In this document: in pieces, positions 1-8,680 of the stretch
Layout of the letters: the number at the start of each line of letters is the position of its first letter
Position numbering within the stretch: the stretch's first letter is position 1
Source of the DNA: an uncultured Actinomycetota bacterium
GTDB lineage: Bacteria; Actinomycetota; Actinomycetes; Mycobacteriales; QHCD01
DNA: 64,000 nucleotides
NCBI GenBank assembly: GCA_963828605.1
Contig: CAWHER010000001.1
Location: 696,318 to 760,317 of the forward strand
Direction of reading: 5' to 3'
Translations under genes and position numbers: made by a program
Notes under the pieces: generated by a model
Database searches by the model: none
The model's input: only the letters and a program-made list of their open reading frames with translations
What the model was told of the DNA's origin: nothing

Positions 1-876
1 CGCGCCGGTGAAGCAGGCCGCGGTGTAGGCGGCGGTGCCCCAGTTGGCGTCGAGGCTGGCCGACGACGCGCCCAGGTCGATGCGGGCCAGCTGGTCCCGC
101 GTGCTGGCGGTGCCGCCCTCCGGACCGACGCTGGTGAAGTTGCCGACGGCGACGAGGTTCGCGCCGGACGGGTCGATGTCGAAGGCCTTGACGCCGACGG
201 CGCCGTTCGCACAGCCCGTCCCGGTGCAGTTGACGCCGAAGTTGTGGTGCCCGGTGAAGGACAGGTTGACGTAGTTGGTGGTCTTGCCGGTGGTCGGATC
301 GAGCGAGGCGAGTCCATGGTGGCTCGCGCCGCCCGCGACCGTGAAGTTGCCCCCCACGAAGAGCGTGCCCTTGGACAGCACCAGCTTCGTCACGGCGCTG
401 TTGATGCTGGCCGGCTTCCAGGTCGAGATGATCTGGCCGTTGGTGGTGTTGAGCAGGGCGACGCGCATGGCGACGCCGTTGACGGTCGTGAACGACCCGC
501 CGATGTAGACCTGTCCCGCGGCGGGGCCGGGGATGATGGTGTCGACCTCGCCGTTCACTGCCGGCACGAACCCGGCGTCAACCACGCCGGTCGTCGGGTT
601 GAATGCCAGGATCTTGTTACGCGTGAGCGTCGTACCCGGCTGGCCGTGCGGGCTCACCGACGTGAAGTCGCCGCCCAGGAAGACCTGGCTGCCGACCTGG
701 CCGATCGAGAAGACCGTCCCGTCGTTCACGTCCGGCGTATTGGTCTGCGGAACCGCATTGACGACCGTCGACTGCGGCGCCTGAACGGCCTGCGCGGCAC
801 CCGAGGGCAGCAGGAGCGCGAACGCCGAGGCGATGAGCGCCAGTACGACGACCACGGAGGTCCGCGCCCGCATCAT
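1..876 (-). CDS. secreted beta-propeller-type repeat protein; the 3' end lies outside the window (partial)
   Basis: It is absent from the ORF track because it runs off the left edge. Manual minus-strand translation from ATG ATG (871-876) gives MMRARTSVVVVLALIASAFALLLPSGAAQA, a signal peptide with an AQA cleavage site. Four repeats of the form GGxFTxV follow (FLGGDFTSV, YIGGSFTTV, FVGGNFTVA, AVGNFTSV) at about 45-50 aa spacing. The frame is open down to position 1. Confidence 0.6.
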   Translation of the reverse strand, partial: MMRARTSVVVVLALIASAFALLLPSGAAQAVQAPQSTVVNAVPQTNTPDVNDGTVFSIGQVGSQVFLGGDFTSVSPHGQPGTTLTRNKILAFNPTTGVVDAGFVPAVNGEVDTIIPGPAAGQVYIGGSFTTVNGVAMRVALLNTTNGQIISTWKPASINSAVTKLVLSKGTLFVGGNFTVAGGASHHGLASLDPTTGKTTNYVNLSFTGHHNFGVNCTGTGCANGAVGVKAFDIDPSGANLVAVGNFTSVGPEGGTASTRDQLARIDLGASSASLDANWGTAAYTAACFTGA

Positions 877-1201
877 GCGAGCCGCCAGGACGGAGTGACT
901 GCCATCATCAGGTCGGCGGACCACCTGTCGACCAGGTGCCCGCTGACCGTCCTAGCCAGCGCTCGACGTCACCGACATCGGCTGCCTCCATCTCTGTATC
1001 GCAAGGCGGAAACACACCCAGGATCAGAGTCGTGCCCCCATGTTGCAGCGCATGGCGAATGTAACCGAGTGAGCCCGATCACGTCTGTCATCCCAGAAAC
1101 TCACGGAGACGGTGCGGGCCGTCACTGCGGGTAGGTCTCCGAGACCTCGGAATGCCGACGCCGCCCCACATGCCGGGCGCCGCTCCGCGTGCGTGATCGG
1201 A

Positions 1202-2287
1202 TCAGCTGGGGAGGCGCCGGCCGGTCGCGGCGTCGAAGACGTGGACACTGCCCGGCTTCGGCACCAGGGTCGTCCGCAGGCCCCGGTCGGGAACCTGCTC
1301 CGGGTCGACCCGTACGGCGAGCTGGGCGCCGTCGAGTTCCGGGTCATCGGCGGTGCAGTAGGCGTAGGCGTCGGTGCCGAGCTCCTCCACCAGTTCGACG
1401 ACGACCCGCAACCCCGGCTCACCCGGGGCCAGCACAAACCCGCCCGGACGGATGCCGAGGATCACTCCGGGCGCGGACAGCGGAGCCCGCTGCGCCGACG
1501 ACAACGGCACGGTCAGCCCGGCGACATGGGCGCTCTCGCCCTGCACCCTGGCCGGGAAGAGGTTCATGGCCGGCGAGCCGATGAATCCGGCGACGAAGGT
1601 GTTCGCCGGCCGGTCGAAGAGGATCCGGGGTGTGTCGCACTGCTGCAGCCGGCCGCCGTCGAGCACCGCGACCCGGTCCCCCATCGTCATCGCCTCGACC
1701 TGGTCGTGGGTGACGTAGATCGTGGTGACGCCGAGCCGTCGCTGTAGCGACGCAATCTGGGTGCGGGTCTGCACCCGCAGTTTCGCGTCCAGGTTGGACA
1801 GCGGCTCGTCCATGAGGAACACCTGCGGTTCGCGGACGATCGCGCGGCCCATCGCGACGCGCTGCCGCTGCCCGCCGGACAGATTCGCCGGCTTGCGGTC
1901 GAGGTAGGGGTCCAGATCGAGCAACCGGGCCGCCTCGGCGACCCGGCGGGAGATCTCCGCCTTCGGCGCCTTGGCGATCTTGAGGTGAAAGCCGATGTTC
2001 TGCGCGACGGTCATGTGCGGGTAGAGGGCGTATTCCTGGAACACCATCGCGATGTCCCGCTCCTTGGGCGGCAGATTGGTGACCGCGCGGTCCCCGATGT
2101 AGATCGATCCCTCGTCGACGCCTTCGAGACCGGCGAGCATGCGCAACGTCGTCGACTTCCCGCAACCCGACGGTCCGACCAGCACCATGAATTCGCCGTC
2201 GGCGATCTCCAGGTCCAGCGCGTCCAGGGCCGGTACGTCGCTCCCGGCGTAGATACGCGTCGCCTGGTCGAAGATGACCTCGGTCAT
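1202..2287 (-). CDS. sugar ABC transporter ATP-binding protein (MalK/UgpC/MsiK type)
   Basis: Translation MTEVIFDQATRIY... contains Walker A GPSGCGKST, the signature LSGGQRQR and Walker B FLMDEPLSNLD, plus a MalK-type C-terminal regulatory domain. I placed the start at the internal ATG at 2285-2287, because the upstream part of the ORF is Cys/Trp-rich junk. Confidence 0.9.
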   Translation of the reverse strand: MTEVIFDQATRIYAGSDVPALDALDLEIADGEFMVLVGPSGCGKSTTLRMLAGLEGVDEGSIYIGDRAVTNLPPKERDIAMVFQEYALYPHMTVAQNIGFHLKIAKAPKAEISRRVAEAARLLDLDPYLDRKPANLSGGQRQRVAMGRAIVREPQVFLMDEPLSNLDAKLRVQTRTQIASLQRRLGVTTIYVTHDQVEAMTMGDRVAVLDGGRLQQCDTPRILFDRPANTFVAGFIGSPAMNLFPARVQGESAHVAGLTVPLSSAQRAPLSAPGVILGIRPGGFVLAPGEPGLRVVVELVEELGTDAYAYCTADDPELDGAQLAVRVDPEQVPDRGLRTTLVPKPGSVHVFDAATGRRLPS

Positions 2288-2303
2288 GTGCGATCTCCTT
2301 GAC

Positions 2304-3221
2304 TCACTTCGTCGCTCCGAGGGTGATGCCGGCGACGATCCGGCGGCCCAGCCAGATGTAGACCACGAGCATGGGCAGCACCAGCACGCAGACGCCCGCG
2401 AAGAGCGCGCCGTAGCTGGCATGGCTGCTGTACTGCGTGATCGTCGACATGAAGGACAGCAGGGACAGCGACAGGGTGTATTTGCCGGTGTCCTGGATGA
2501 ACACGAGCGCGATCAGTGTCTCGTTCCACAGCCCGATGGCGTTGAGGATCATCGCCGTGATCATCCCCGAGCGGGCGAGCGGCAGCATGATCCGCACGAA
2601 CGTCTGCACCGCGCTCGCCCCGTCGAGGGTGGCCGCCTCCTCGAGCCGGCCGGGCAGCGACCGGAAGAACCCGGTGAGCAGGAAGACCGTGAACGGTAGC
2701 GAGATCGCGGTGTAGATGACGTAGAGCCCGAAGAGGCTGTCGACGAGGCCGACCCGGGACATCATGACGAACAGCGGGATCACGATGACCTGCGCCGGTA
2801 TGCCGATGCCGAGCGTGAAGAAGACGGTGAGGAATCCCGCCGAGCGGGTCTGGGTGCGCGAGAGCATGTACGCCGCCGGCGCCGCGATCACCAGGATCGT
2901 GACCGACGAGCCGACCACCAGCAGGATGGTGTTCACCGCCGCCCGGCCGAAGCCGTTGCCGCTCCATGCCTGCGTCCAGTTCTCGACGTGCCAGGTGGTC
3001 GGCGGCGACCAGGGCGACTCGAAGATCTGGTTCGTCGTCTTGAACGACGAGAAGAGCATGAAGACGAGGATGAAGACGTCGAACGCCGCCAGCAGCCAGG
3101 TGAGCGCGGTGCCGACCGCCTGGAAGGCGCTGTGCCGTTCGGTGCCCGGGGCCGGTCGGCCGCCCTTGCGCTTCCCGGACCGTGGCTCGGTCGCCCGGGA
3201 TGTGCTCATGGTCGTGGTCAT
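2304..3221 (-). CDS. carbohydrate ABC transporter permease (MalG-like)
   Basis: A multi-TM protein with the EAA-type loop LEEAATLDGASAVQTFVRIMLPLA, tightly packed with the neighbouring transporter genes. Confidence 0.88.
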   Translation of the reverse strand: MTTTMSTSRATEPRSGKRKGGRPAPGTERHSAFQAVGTALTWLLAAFDVFILVFMLFSSFKTTNQIFESPWSPPTTWHVENWTQAWSGNGFGRAAVNTILLVVGSSVTILVIAAPAAYMLSRTQTRSAGFLTVFFTLGIGIPAQVIVIPLFVMMSRVGLVDSLFGLYVIYTAISLPFTVFLLTGFFRSLPGRLEEAATLDGASAVQTFVRIMLPLARSGMITAMILNAIGLWNETLIALVFIQDTGKYTLSLSLLSFMSTITQYSSHASYGALFAGVCVLVLPMLVVYIWLGRRIVAGITLGATK

Positions 3222-3239
3222 GCTGCCTCCTCCCCGGCC

Positions 3240-4205
3240 CTAGAACTGGATCGCGTCACGGCGCAGCAGCCGCCGGAGCAGCACCACGAAGACGGCGAAG
3301 AGTGCGAGCATGAGCATCGCGCAGGCCGAGGCGTAGCCGAAGGCGTAGGACGGCACCCGCCCGCCGAAGGACTCCCCGTAGATGAACAGTGCCGAGTTCC
3401 ACACCGACTGGCCCGGCAGGTCGTTGGTCGTCCCGCCGAACGCGAAGATGAATTCGAACAGCTTGAGCGAGTTGATCGTCCAGAGCACCGCGGCCACCGA
3501 GATGACGTCCCAGGTCATCGGGAGCGTCACGTGCCGGAACCGCTGGAACGCATTGGCGCCGGCGATGGCGGTGTCCTCGTAGTAGTAGGCCGGGATGCGG
3601 TCGACGCCGGCCAGGATGATCGTCGAATAGAGCCCGACATTGATCCATACCAGGCCGAGCAGGATCATCCGGAACTGGTTGCTCGACGAGAGCCACCCCA
3701 CCGGGCTGCCGCCCAGCGCCGTCAGGACGTCGTTGACCAGCCCGTCGCGCTGGAAGATGAACCCCCAGATGATCGACAGGACGATGGCCGACACGATGTA
3801 GGGGAAGAAGAGGATCGACCTGGCCGCCTTCGAACCGCGCATCCCCCGCAGCACCATCGTGAGCAGGAAGCTCACGGCGAAGACGAAGGCTCCGACGACC
3901 ACCAGGATGATGAGGGTGTTGAGGAACGCCGTGTGGAATACCGGGTCCTGGATCAGCACCGTGTAGTTGCGGACGCCCCGCCAGGTCATCGGGCCGGATC
4001 CGGTCCACTTGGTGAAGCTGATCCAGAGCGCGCCGATCGTCGGGGCGATGAAGAAGATCAGGTAGAGCACCAGCGCCGGCAGCACGAACGGGTAGAACAA
4101 CCGGCGCCGCTGTGTCTCCAGCGGGCTCTCCGCGGGTCGCCGTACCCCCGTCGTACGGCGGCCCGGCCGACGGCGCCGGGTCAGCGCCTCGGTACTGGAG
4201 CTCAT
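3240..4205 (-). CDS. carbohydrate ABC transporter permease (MalF-like)
   Basis: A multi-TM protein with the EAA-type loop YYEDTAIAGANAFQRFRHVTLP. Its start abuts the stop of the upstream binding-protein gene at 4205. Confidence 0.88.
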   Translation of the reverse strand: MSSSTEALTRRRRPGRRTTGVRRPAESPLETQRRRLFYPFVLPALVLYLIFFIAPTIGALWISFTKWTGSGPMTWRGVRNYTVLIQDPVFHTAFLNTLIILVVVGAFVFAVSFLLTMVLRGMRGSKAARSILFFPYIVSAIVLSIIWGFIFQRDGLVNDVLTALGGSPVGWLSSSNQFRMILLGLVWINVGLYSTIILAGVDRIPAYYYEDTAIAGANAFQRFRHVTLPMTWDVISVAAVLWTINSLKLFEFIFAFGGTTNDLPGQSVWNSALFIYGESFGGRVPSYAFGYASACAMLMLALFAVFVVLLRRLLRRDAIQF

Positions 4206-5518
4206 CAGCCGTTGAGCTTCCAGTACTGCGCCTGCGCCGCCTTCGCCTTGCCCGCGAATTCGGCGGCGCTGAGCTTGCCGGTGATCAGGTCCCGGGCCAA
4301 CGGCTGGAACTGCTTGTCCAGATCCGGGAAGTCGGCGCTCACCCCGTCATCCACCGGGTAGAGCGGGTTGCTCTTCATGAGGTTCTGCAGGTCGCGCAGC
4401 ACCGGCGGCACGGTGATGTCCGGCCGTGGCGTGAGGATCTGCGCCTTGGTCGACATCTGGGTCAGCCACTTCCTCCCCATGAGGTAGGCGATGAACTTGT
4501 CCGCCGCCGGGCCGTTCTTGGCCTTGGTCGGGATCGCGAACCCGAAGGTCTCCGCCGGCACGGAGTGGTCCGTCCCGACCAGCGTCGGGAAGTTGAAGGT
4601 CCGCAGGTCGAAGTCCTTCGCTGCATCCGGACCGTCGTAGTAGGGAACCCAGCTGCCCATGTAGAGGAAGGCCGCCTTGCCGTGTGCCCAGTCCTTCTCC
4701 ATGGCCGGGTACTTGCTCGAGTCGTAGCCCGGGATGTAGTCCTTGCTGCTCGCCAACGCGGAGATTGCCTGCAGGGCCTGGGCCACCTTGGGGGCGCTCC
4801 AGCCGGACCCGTCATGGCTCGCGGCCAGCTTGTGCAGATTGCCGGGGCCCAGTGCCCGCTCGAGTGCGGCGTAGACCAGGGTGCCGTCGTAGCCGAGGAT
4901 GTCGGTGTCCTGGGCGAGCGGGTTCTGACCCTGGCTCTTCACCTTGGCGAAGTCGGCGGAGAGTTCCGCCCAGGTCGTCGGCGGGTTGTCCGCCACCTGC
5001 GGATAAGCCTTGCCGCTGACCCACCACGTCTGCGCCGACACGTAGTACGGAACGACGATCTTCTTGCCCGCGGCGGTGTCCAACGAGTCGTAGCTGGTCG
5101 GCACCACGTCCCGGACGGTCTTGCCCGGCTCACCGGGAATCGCCATCTTGTAGACCGAGGACAGGTCGAGCGCCTGGCCGGACAACCCGAGCCCGGCCTT
5201 GATGGTCGGGAAACCCTGATCGACGAGGTCGGGCACGTTGTCGGTGTTCAGCGCCGCCTTGACCTTGGTCATGGAGTCGCGGCCCTGCCACTGCACGTGG
5301 ACCTGGACGCCGGTGTCCTTCTGGAAGGACGCGATGGCGCTCTGCAGCACCTTGGCCACCGGCTCGTCCTTGGTCCAGAACGACCAGAAGGTGAATTCCT
5401 TGCTGCCCGTGCCCCCGTTTCCCGAGGAACTGCTTCCGCAGGCGGCGACGCCCGCGGCAAGCACCAGGACCGCCAGAACCGCCGATATCCGCGCGCCCAG
5501 CGCACCGCGAATCGACAT
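4205..5518 (-). CDS. extracellular sugar-binding lipoprotein of the ABC transporter
   Basis: The internal start MSIRGALGARISAVLAVLVLAAGVAACGSSSSGNGG has a lipobox (AAC). A purine-rich sequence (AAAGGATGG) precedes the ATG at 5516-5518. The remainder looks like a family-1 solute-binding protein. Confidence 0.85.
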   Translation of the reverse strand: MSIRGALGARISAVLAVLVLAAGVAACGSSSSGNGGTGSKEFTFWSFWTKDEPVAKVLQSAIASFQKDTGVQVHVQWQGRDSMTKVKAALNTDNVPDLVDQGFPTIKAGLGLSGQALDLSSVYKMAIPGEPGKTVRDVVPTSYDSLDTAAGKKIVVPYYVSAQTWWVSGKAYPQVADNPPTTWAELSADFAKVKSQGQNPLAQDTDILGYDGTLVYAALERALGPGNLHKLAASHDGSGWSAPKVAQALQAISALASSKDYIPGYDSSKYPAMEKDWAHGKAAFLYMGSWVPYYDGPDAAKDFDLRTFNFPTLVGTDHSVPAETFGFAIPTKAKNGPAADKFIAYLMGRKWLTQMSTKAQILTPRPDITVPPVLRDLQNLMKSNPLYPVDDGVSADFPDLDKQFQPLARDLITGKLSAAEFAGKAKAAQAQYWKLNG

Positions 5519-5593
5519 GTCGCCACCATCCTTTCGGCACCGGTTCGGTGCCTCTCCGCCCGGGGAGGCAAGCGTGCGCTCGCTCTTGCGCAA

Positions 5594-5633
5594 ATTAGCC
5601 AGCAATTGAGCAGTGGTCAACATGATTAAGCAG
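5594..5633. promoter_or_regulatory. three direct repeats ATTAGCCAG / ATTGAGCAG / ATTAAGCAG in the divergent promoter region; candidate DeoR operator
   Basis: The repeats lie at 5594-5602, 5605-5613 and 5625-5633. This is the only AT-richer stretch between the binding-protein start (5518, minus) and the deoR start (5755, plus). Confidence 0.25.
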
Positions 5634-5754
5634 CGTCCGAGCATTGAGGCTTTGCTCGGGCGACTGTGGGAAGGCGCACATTCCTGACTGGTCGTGCGTG
5701 ATACTTGCTCTCGCACGGGGCTGTCAGTCCACGGCAACACGGAACGAGGTGCGC

Positions 5755-6540
5755 ATGGATCGCCACGAGCGACTCTCCACGCTGCTGGAGCTGCTCGGGC
5801 AGCGCGGCAAGATCGACGTCGATCCGATCGCCGCGGAGCTGGCCGTGTCGGCCGCGACGATCCGTCGCGACCTCGACCACCTCGCGGCCCAGCAGCTGCT
5901 GACCCGTACCCGGGGCGGCGCGATCGCCCAGAACGTCGCCTACGACCTTCCCCTGCGCTACAAGACCGCGCGGCACGCGCCGGAGAAGGAGCGCATCGCC
6001 CGGGCCGCCGCGGCCATGGTCGAGCCGGGTGCCGTGGTCGGGCTCAACGGCGGCACGACCACGACGGAGGTCGCACGCAGCCTCGTGCTGCGGGTCGACC
6101 CCAACCCCTCGGGTGGCGAGCCGCCGCTCACCCTCGTCACGAACGCCCTGAACATCGCCAACGAACTCGTGCTGCGTCCCCAGGTCAAGGTCGTGGTCAC
6201 CGGAGGTGTGGCCCGGCCGCAGTCCTTCGAGCTGACCGGGCCGCTCGGCACCCGAATCCTCGACGAGATCACCCTCGACGTCCTCTTCCTCGGCGTCGAC
6301 GCGATCGACCCTGAGGACGGCACCTTCGCCCACAACGAAGGGGAAGCGAGCATCAACCGCTTGATGGCCTCCCGGGCCGAGCGGGTCGTGGTGGTGGCCG
6401 ACAGGTCGAAACTGGGGTGGCGCGCGTTCTCACAGATCTGTCCCATCGCCACGATCGACGTACTCGTGACCGACTCCACCGCGCCGGCCGACCTGGTCCG
6501 CCGCTTCGAGGCGAACGGCGTCCAGGTCAGGACCGTGTGA
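5755..6540 (+). CDS. DeoR family transcriptional regulator
   Basis: MDRHERLSTLLELLGQRGKIDVDPIAAELAVSAATIRRDLDHL is a typical DeoR N-terminal HTH, and the C-terminal part looks like a DeoR sugar-phosphate-binding domain. It is divergent from the sugar ABC operon. Confidence 0.9.
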   Translation: MDRHERLSTLLELLGQRGKIDVDPIAAELAVSAATIRRDLDHLAAQQLLTRTRGGAIAQNVAYDLPLRYKTARHAPEKERIARAAAAMVEPGAVVGLNGGTTTTEVARSLVLRVDPNPSGGEPPLTLVTNALNIANELVLRPQVKVVVTGGVARPQSFELTGPLGTRILDEITLDVLFLGVDAIDPEDGTFAHNEGEASINRLMASRAERVVVVADRSKLGWRAFSQICPIATIDVLVTDSTAPADLVRRFEANGVQVRTV

Positions 6541-6549
6541 CCGGGCCGC

Positions 6550-8376
6550 TCAGGTCAGCAGGGTGATGCGGTCGAGCTTCGACGGGCTGATGGTGCCCTG
6601 TGCCCGGAGGTACTTGATGAAGCCTTCATGGTCGCGGTCGTTACGGACCGGATCGGTGAAGACGCTGAACGCCGGGAACCCGTCGGCTCCGATGAGGGTG
6701 TAGGCAAGGCCGGCGACCCGGTAGGACCTGGCCGGGTCGAGCGGCGCCCCGTCGATGAGGAACGCCGCGGGATCAACCCGCGAGCCGACCGGCTTGGTCG
6801 AGTCGTAGGTCGCCCGCACGTTGGCCGAGACGTTGAGCGGGGCGAAGGTCACCGACCCGCTCTGCTGCGGCTGCCACTGCTGCTCGAGGGCCTGCCGGAT
6901 CTGGTCTCCGGTGAGCGTCACGGTGAGGACGGGGTTCTCGTAGCCGAGATAGGCATAGGCCTCGCCGTAGAGAATCAGCCCGTCCTGGTCCGCGGCGTCG
7001 GTGCCCTTCGCGTAACGGAAGTCTCCCCGCAGCGCCGTCGATCCGGTCGACGGTTTCGCCGACATCAGCGCGAGATCGGCCTTCCCGGCGTCGGTCGAAT
7101 TGGCATCCCAGAGCATGAAGTCCGCGGCAAGGTCACCCATCGAGCACGAGCCGTCGGCGTTCAGCGTCCGGGTGAAGTCCGCCGTGACGTGGCCAGCCGG
7201 AAGCGCGTAGCGCTGGTCGCCGAACCCGGTCCAGTAGTCCACGATCCGCGCGATCTCCGGATCGGGTGTGACGTCGAGGGTGACCGGGTGGTTGGTCGAG
7301 ACGGTCAGGTCGCGGGCCACCTTGCCGGTGCGCGGATCGAGCTTGAGATTGACCTCATTGATCATCTGACCGGCGTGGGATGCCTCGACCACCGGTCGGA
7401 CTACGCCGTCGGGGTCGGGGAGCATGGCGTTGAACCACCAGTGCCAGTGTCCGGTGATGATCGCGCAGATGTCCGGGTCGACCTTGGCCGCGAGCTCGAG
7501 CGCCGGACCGGTCGACATGTTGCCGCCGTTGATGGGCGCGTGCCAGTTGTCGACCTGCTGCGCACCGTCGTGGATGCTGATGACCAAGGCATTGACGCCG
7601 CGCCGCTTCAAGAGCGCGGCATAGGTGTTGGCGGTCTCGATCTCGTCGTAGCCCAGCAGTTGCGGCTCGTAGGAGCTGGAGCCGGTCGGCGTACCGGAGA
7701 GGGTGAGGTGGATGAATCCGATCGGGTACGCCCGGCCGTTCCGCCCGCGCACCCACTCGATGTTGTAGGGCTGCAAGAAGGTCCGCCCGGTGCGCCTGGA
7801 GACCATGTTCGCCGAGTAGTAGGGGAAGTCGATCCCGTGGTAGCGACGGCCGGTCGAGTCCCGGAAGCTCGAGTCGCGCCCGACGACGCCGGACGGCCGG
7901 CCCTTGATCATGTGATTCACCAGGTAGTCGACGCCGTAGTCGAGCTCGTGGTTGCCCAGGGTCGAGAACTGCAGGCCGAGCTTGTTGAGCACCTCGACGG
8001 CGCCCTCGTCGCGCACCAGCTTGCCGTCCAGCGGCTGGCTGCCGCACCAGTCGTCGCCGACGGAGAAGAAGAACGAGTTCTGCGGCTTGCGCAGTTGCCG
8101 CAGATGCGTGGCGAGGTAGGCGGCGCCGCCGACGTTGATCGTGCCGGTCCCGCCGTTCGGGTCCGGGATGAAGCCGTCGGCAGCCGTCGTCGGCGTCCGG
8201 AGGTTGCCGTGGAAGTCGGTGATGTTGAGCAGCTGCACGTCGATGTAGTCGGGTGAGGAGACCTCACGGGCGGCGTCCGAGGCGTAGGCGGGGGTGCCGA
8301 TCGCGAATGCGGTCGCGAGGCCGCCGGCGCCGGCGAGGAGGGAACGACGGGAGATGGCGGTCGTGGAAGAAGTCAC
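6550..8376 (-). CDS. Tat-exported bifunctional metallophosphatase / 5'-nucleotidase
   Basis: It has a twin-arginine signal (SRRSLLAGAGGLATAFAIGTPAYA) and metallophosphoesterase motifs NITDFHGNL, GDDWCG and GNHELDYG, followed by a 5'-nucleotidase-type C-terminal domain. The start is uncertain: GTG at 8376 or ATG at 8430. Confidence 0.85.
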   Translation of the reverse strand: MTSSTTAISRRSLLAGAGGLATAFAIGTPAYASDAAREVSSPDYIDVQLLNITDFHGNLRTPTTAADGFIPDPNGGTGTINVGGAAYLATHLRQLRKPQNSFFFSVGDDWCGSQPLDGKLVRDEGAVEVLNKLGLQFSTLGNHELDYGVDYLVNHMIKGRPSGVVGRDSSFRDSTGRRYHGIDFPYYSANMVSRRTGRTFLQPYNIEWVRGRNGRAYPIGFIHLTLSGTPTGSSSYEPQLLGYDEIETANTYAALLKRRGVNALVISIHDGAQQVDNWHAPINGGNMSTGPALELAAKVDPDICAIITGHWHWWFNAMLPDPDGVVRPVVEASHAGQMINEVNLKLDPRTGKVARDLTVSTNHPVTLDVTPDPEIARIVDYWTGFGDQRYALPAGHVTADFTRTLNADGSCSMGDLAADFMLWDANSTDAGKADLALMSAKPSTGSTALRGDFRYAKGTDAADQDGLILYGEAYAYLGYENPVLTVTLTGDQIRQALEQQWQPQQSGSVTFAPLNVSANVRATYDSTKPVGSRVDPAAFLIDGAPLDPARSYRVAGLAYTLIGADGFPAFSVFTDPVRNDRDHEGFIKYLRAQGTISPSKLDRITLLT

Positions 8377-8480
8377 GCGCCGGACTCTAACCACTACTGA
8401 GCGAAGTCGTCCAGAACTATCTCCGATCAAGCAACAATGCGCATCGTCGCTGTCCGAGAGGCCACCGACTCCTCCGGCAC

Positions 8481-8566
8481 CCGATTCCGCGCGCCGTTCC
8501 GCACTCGATTCCGCGTGCCGTTCCGCACTCGATTCCGTGTGCCGTTCCGCACTCGATTCCGTGTGC
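8481..8566. repeat. tandem array with 12-bp periodicity (RTTCCGYnnnnn, about 7 units; equivalently three 24-bp units GCCGTTCCGCACTCGATTCCGYGT)
   Basis: Read directly from the sequence: 24-bp units at 8493-8516, 8517-8540 and 8541-8564, with partial units on both sides. The array merges into the palindromic element that begins at 8567 with CATTCCGCAT. Confidence 0.85.
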
Positions 8567-8629
8567 CATTCCGCATGAACGTGACGTTCATGCGGCTAGA
8601 TCGCTTGAACGTGACGTTCAAGCGGAATG
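8567..8629. repeat. 63-bp nested-palindrome intergenic element, copy 1
   Basis: CATTCCGCATGAACGTGACGTTCATGCGGCTAGATCGCTTGAACGTGACGTTCAAGCGGAATG contains two adjacent 12-bp-stem palindromes, and its outer arms CATTCCGC/GCGGAATG are also complementary. It lies 52 bp downstream of the FGE stop codon. Confidence 0.9.
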
Positions 8630-8680
8630 GGGGGCCGGCGTCACCCGATGCGTACGCCGGCATCGGCATCGGCCACGGGG

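Noticed and set aside
244-1134. A 296-aa plus-strand ORF, together with the 35-274, 275-508 and 533-784 ORFs, at the left edge of the window.
   Set aside because: Their translations are Arg/Gly/Pro/Val-rich and low in complexity. The opposite strand encodes a coherent signal-peptide-bearing repeat protein (1-876), so these are antisense shadow ORFs typical of high-GC DNA.
1131-1145. The palindrome AGGTCTC-c-GAGACCT downstream of the sugar ABC ATPase gene, considered as a terminator.
   Set aside because: It has a 7-bp stem with a 1-nt loop and no U-tract, which is too weak to call a terminator. It is a single occurrence.
2988-5629. Long plus-strand ORFs (2988-4361, 4112-5629) opposite the sugar ABC genes. 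Similar antisense ORFs include 6628-8256, 9571-11172, 12675-14750, 14977-16851, 19302-21125, 23628-25751, 28047-29219, 29226-30110, 32545-34053 and 34370-35254.
   Set aside because: All of them mirror a gene with a clear family assignment on the other strand, and all have the Arg/Gly/Asp/Pro/His-biased composition of antisense frames. None has a recognisable motif.
8481-8629. A possible CRISPR array, suggested by regularly spaced short repeats followed by palindromes.
   Set aside because: The 24-bp units are directly adjacent with no unique spacers. The array is under 100 bp, and no cas genes are present in the window. It is a tandem repeat fused to a REP-like element.
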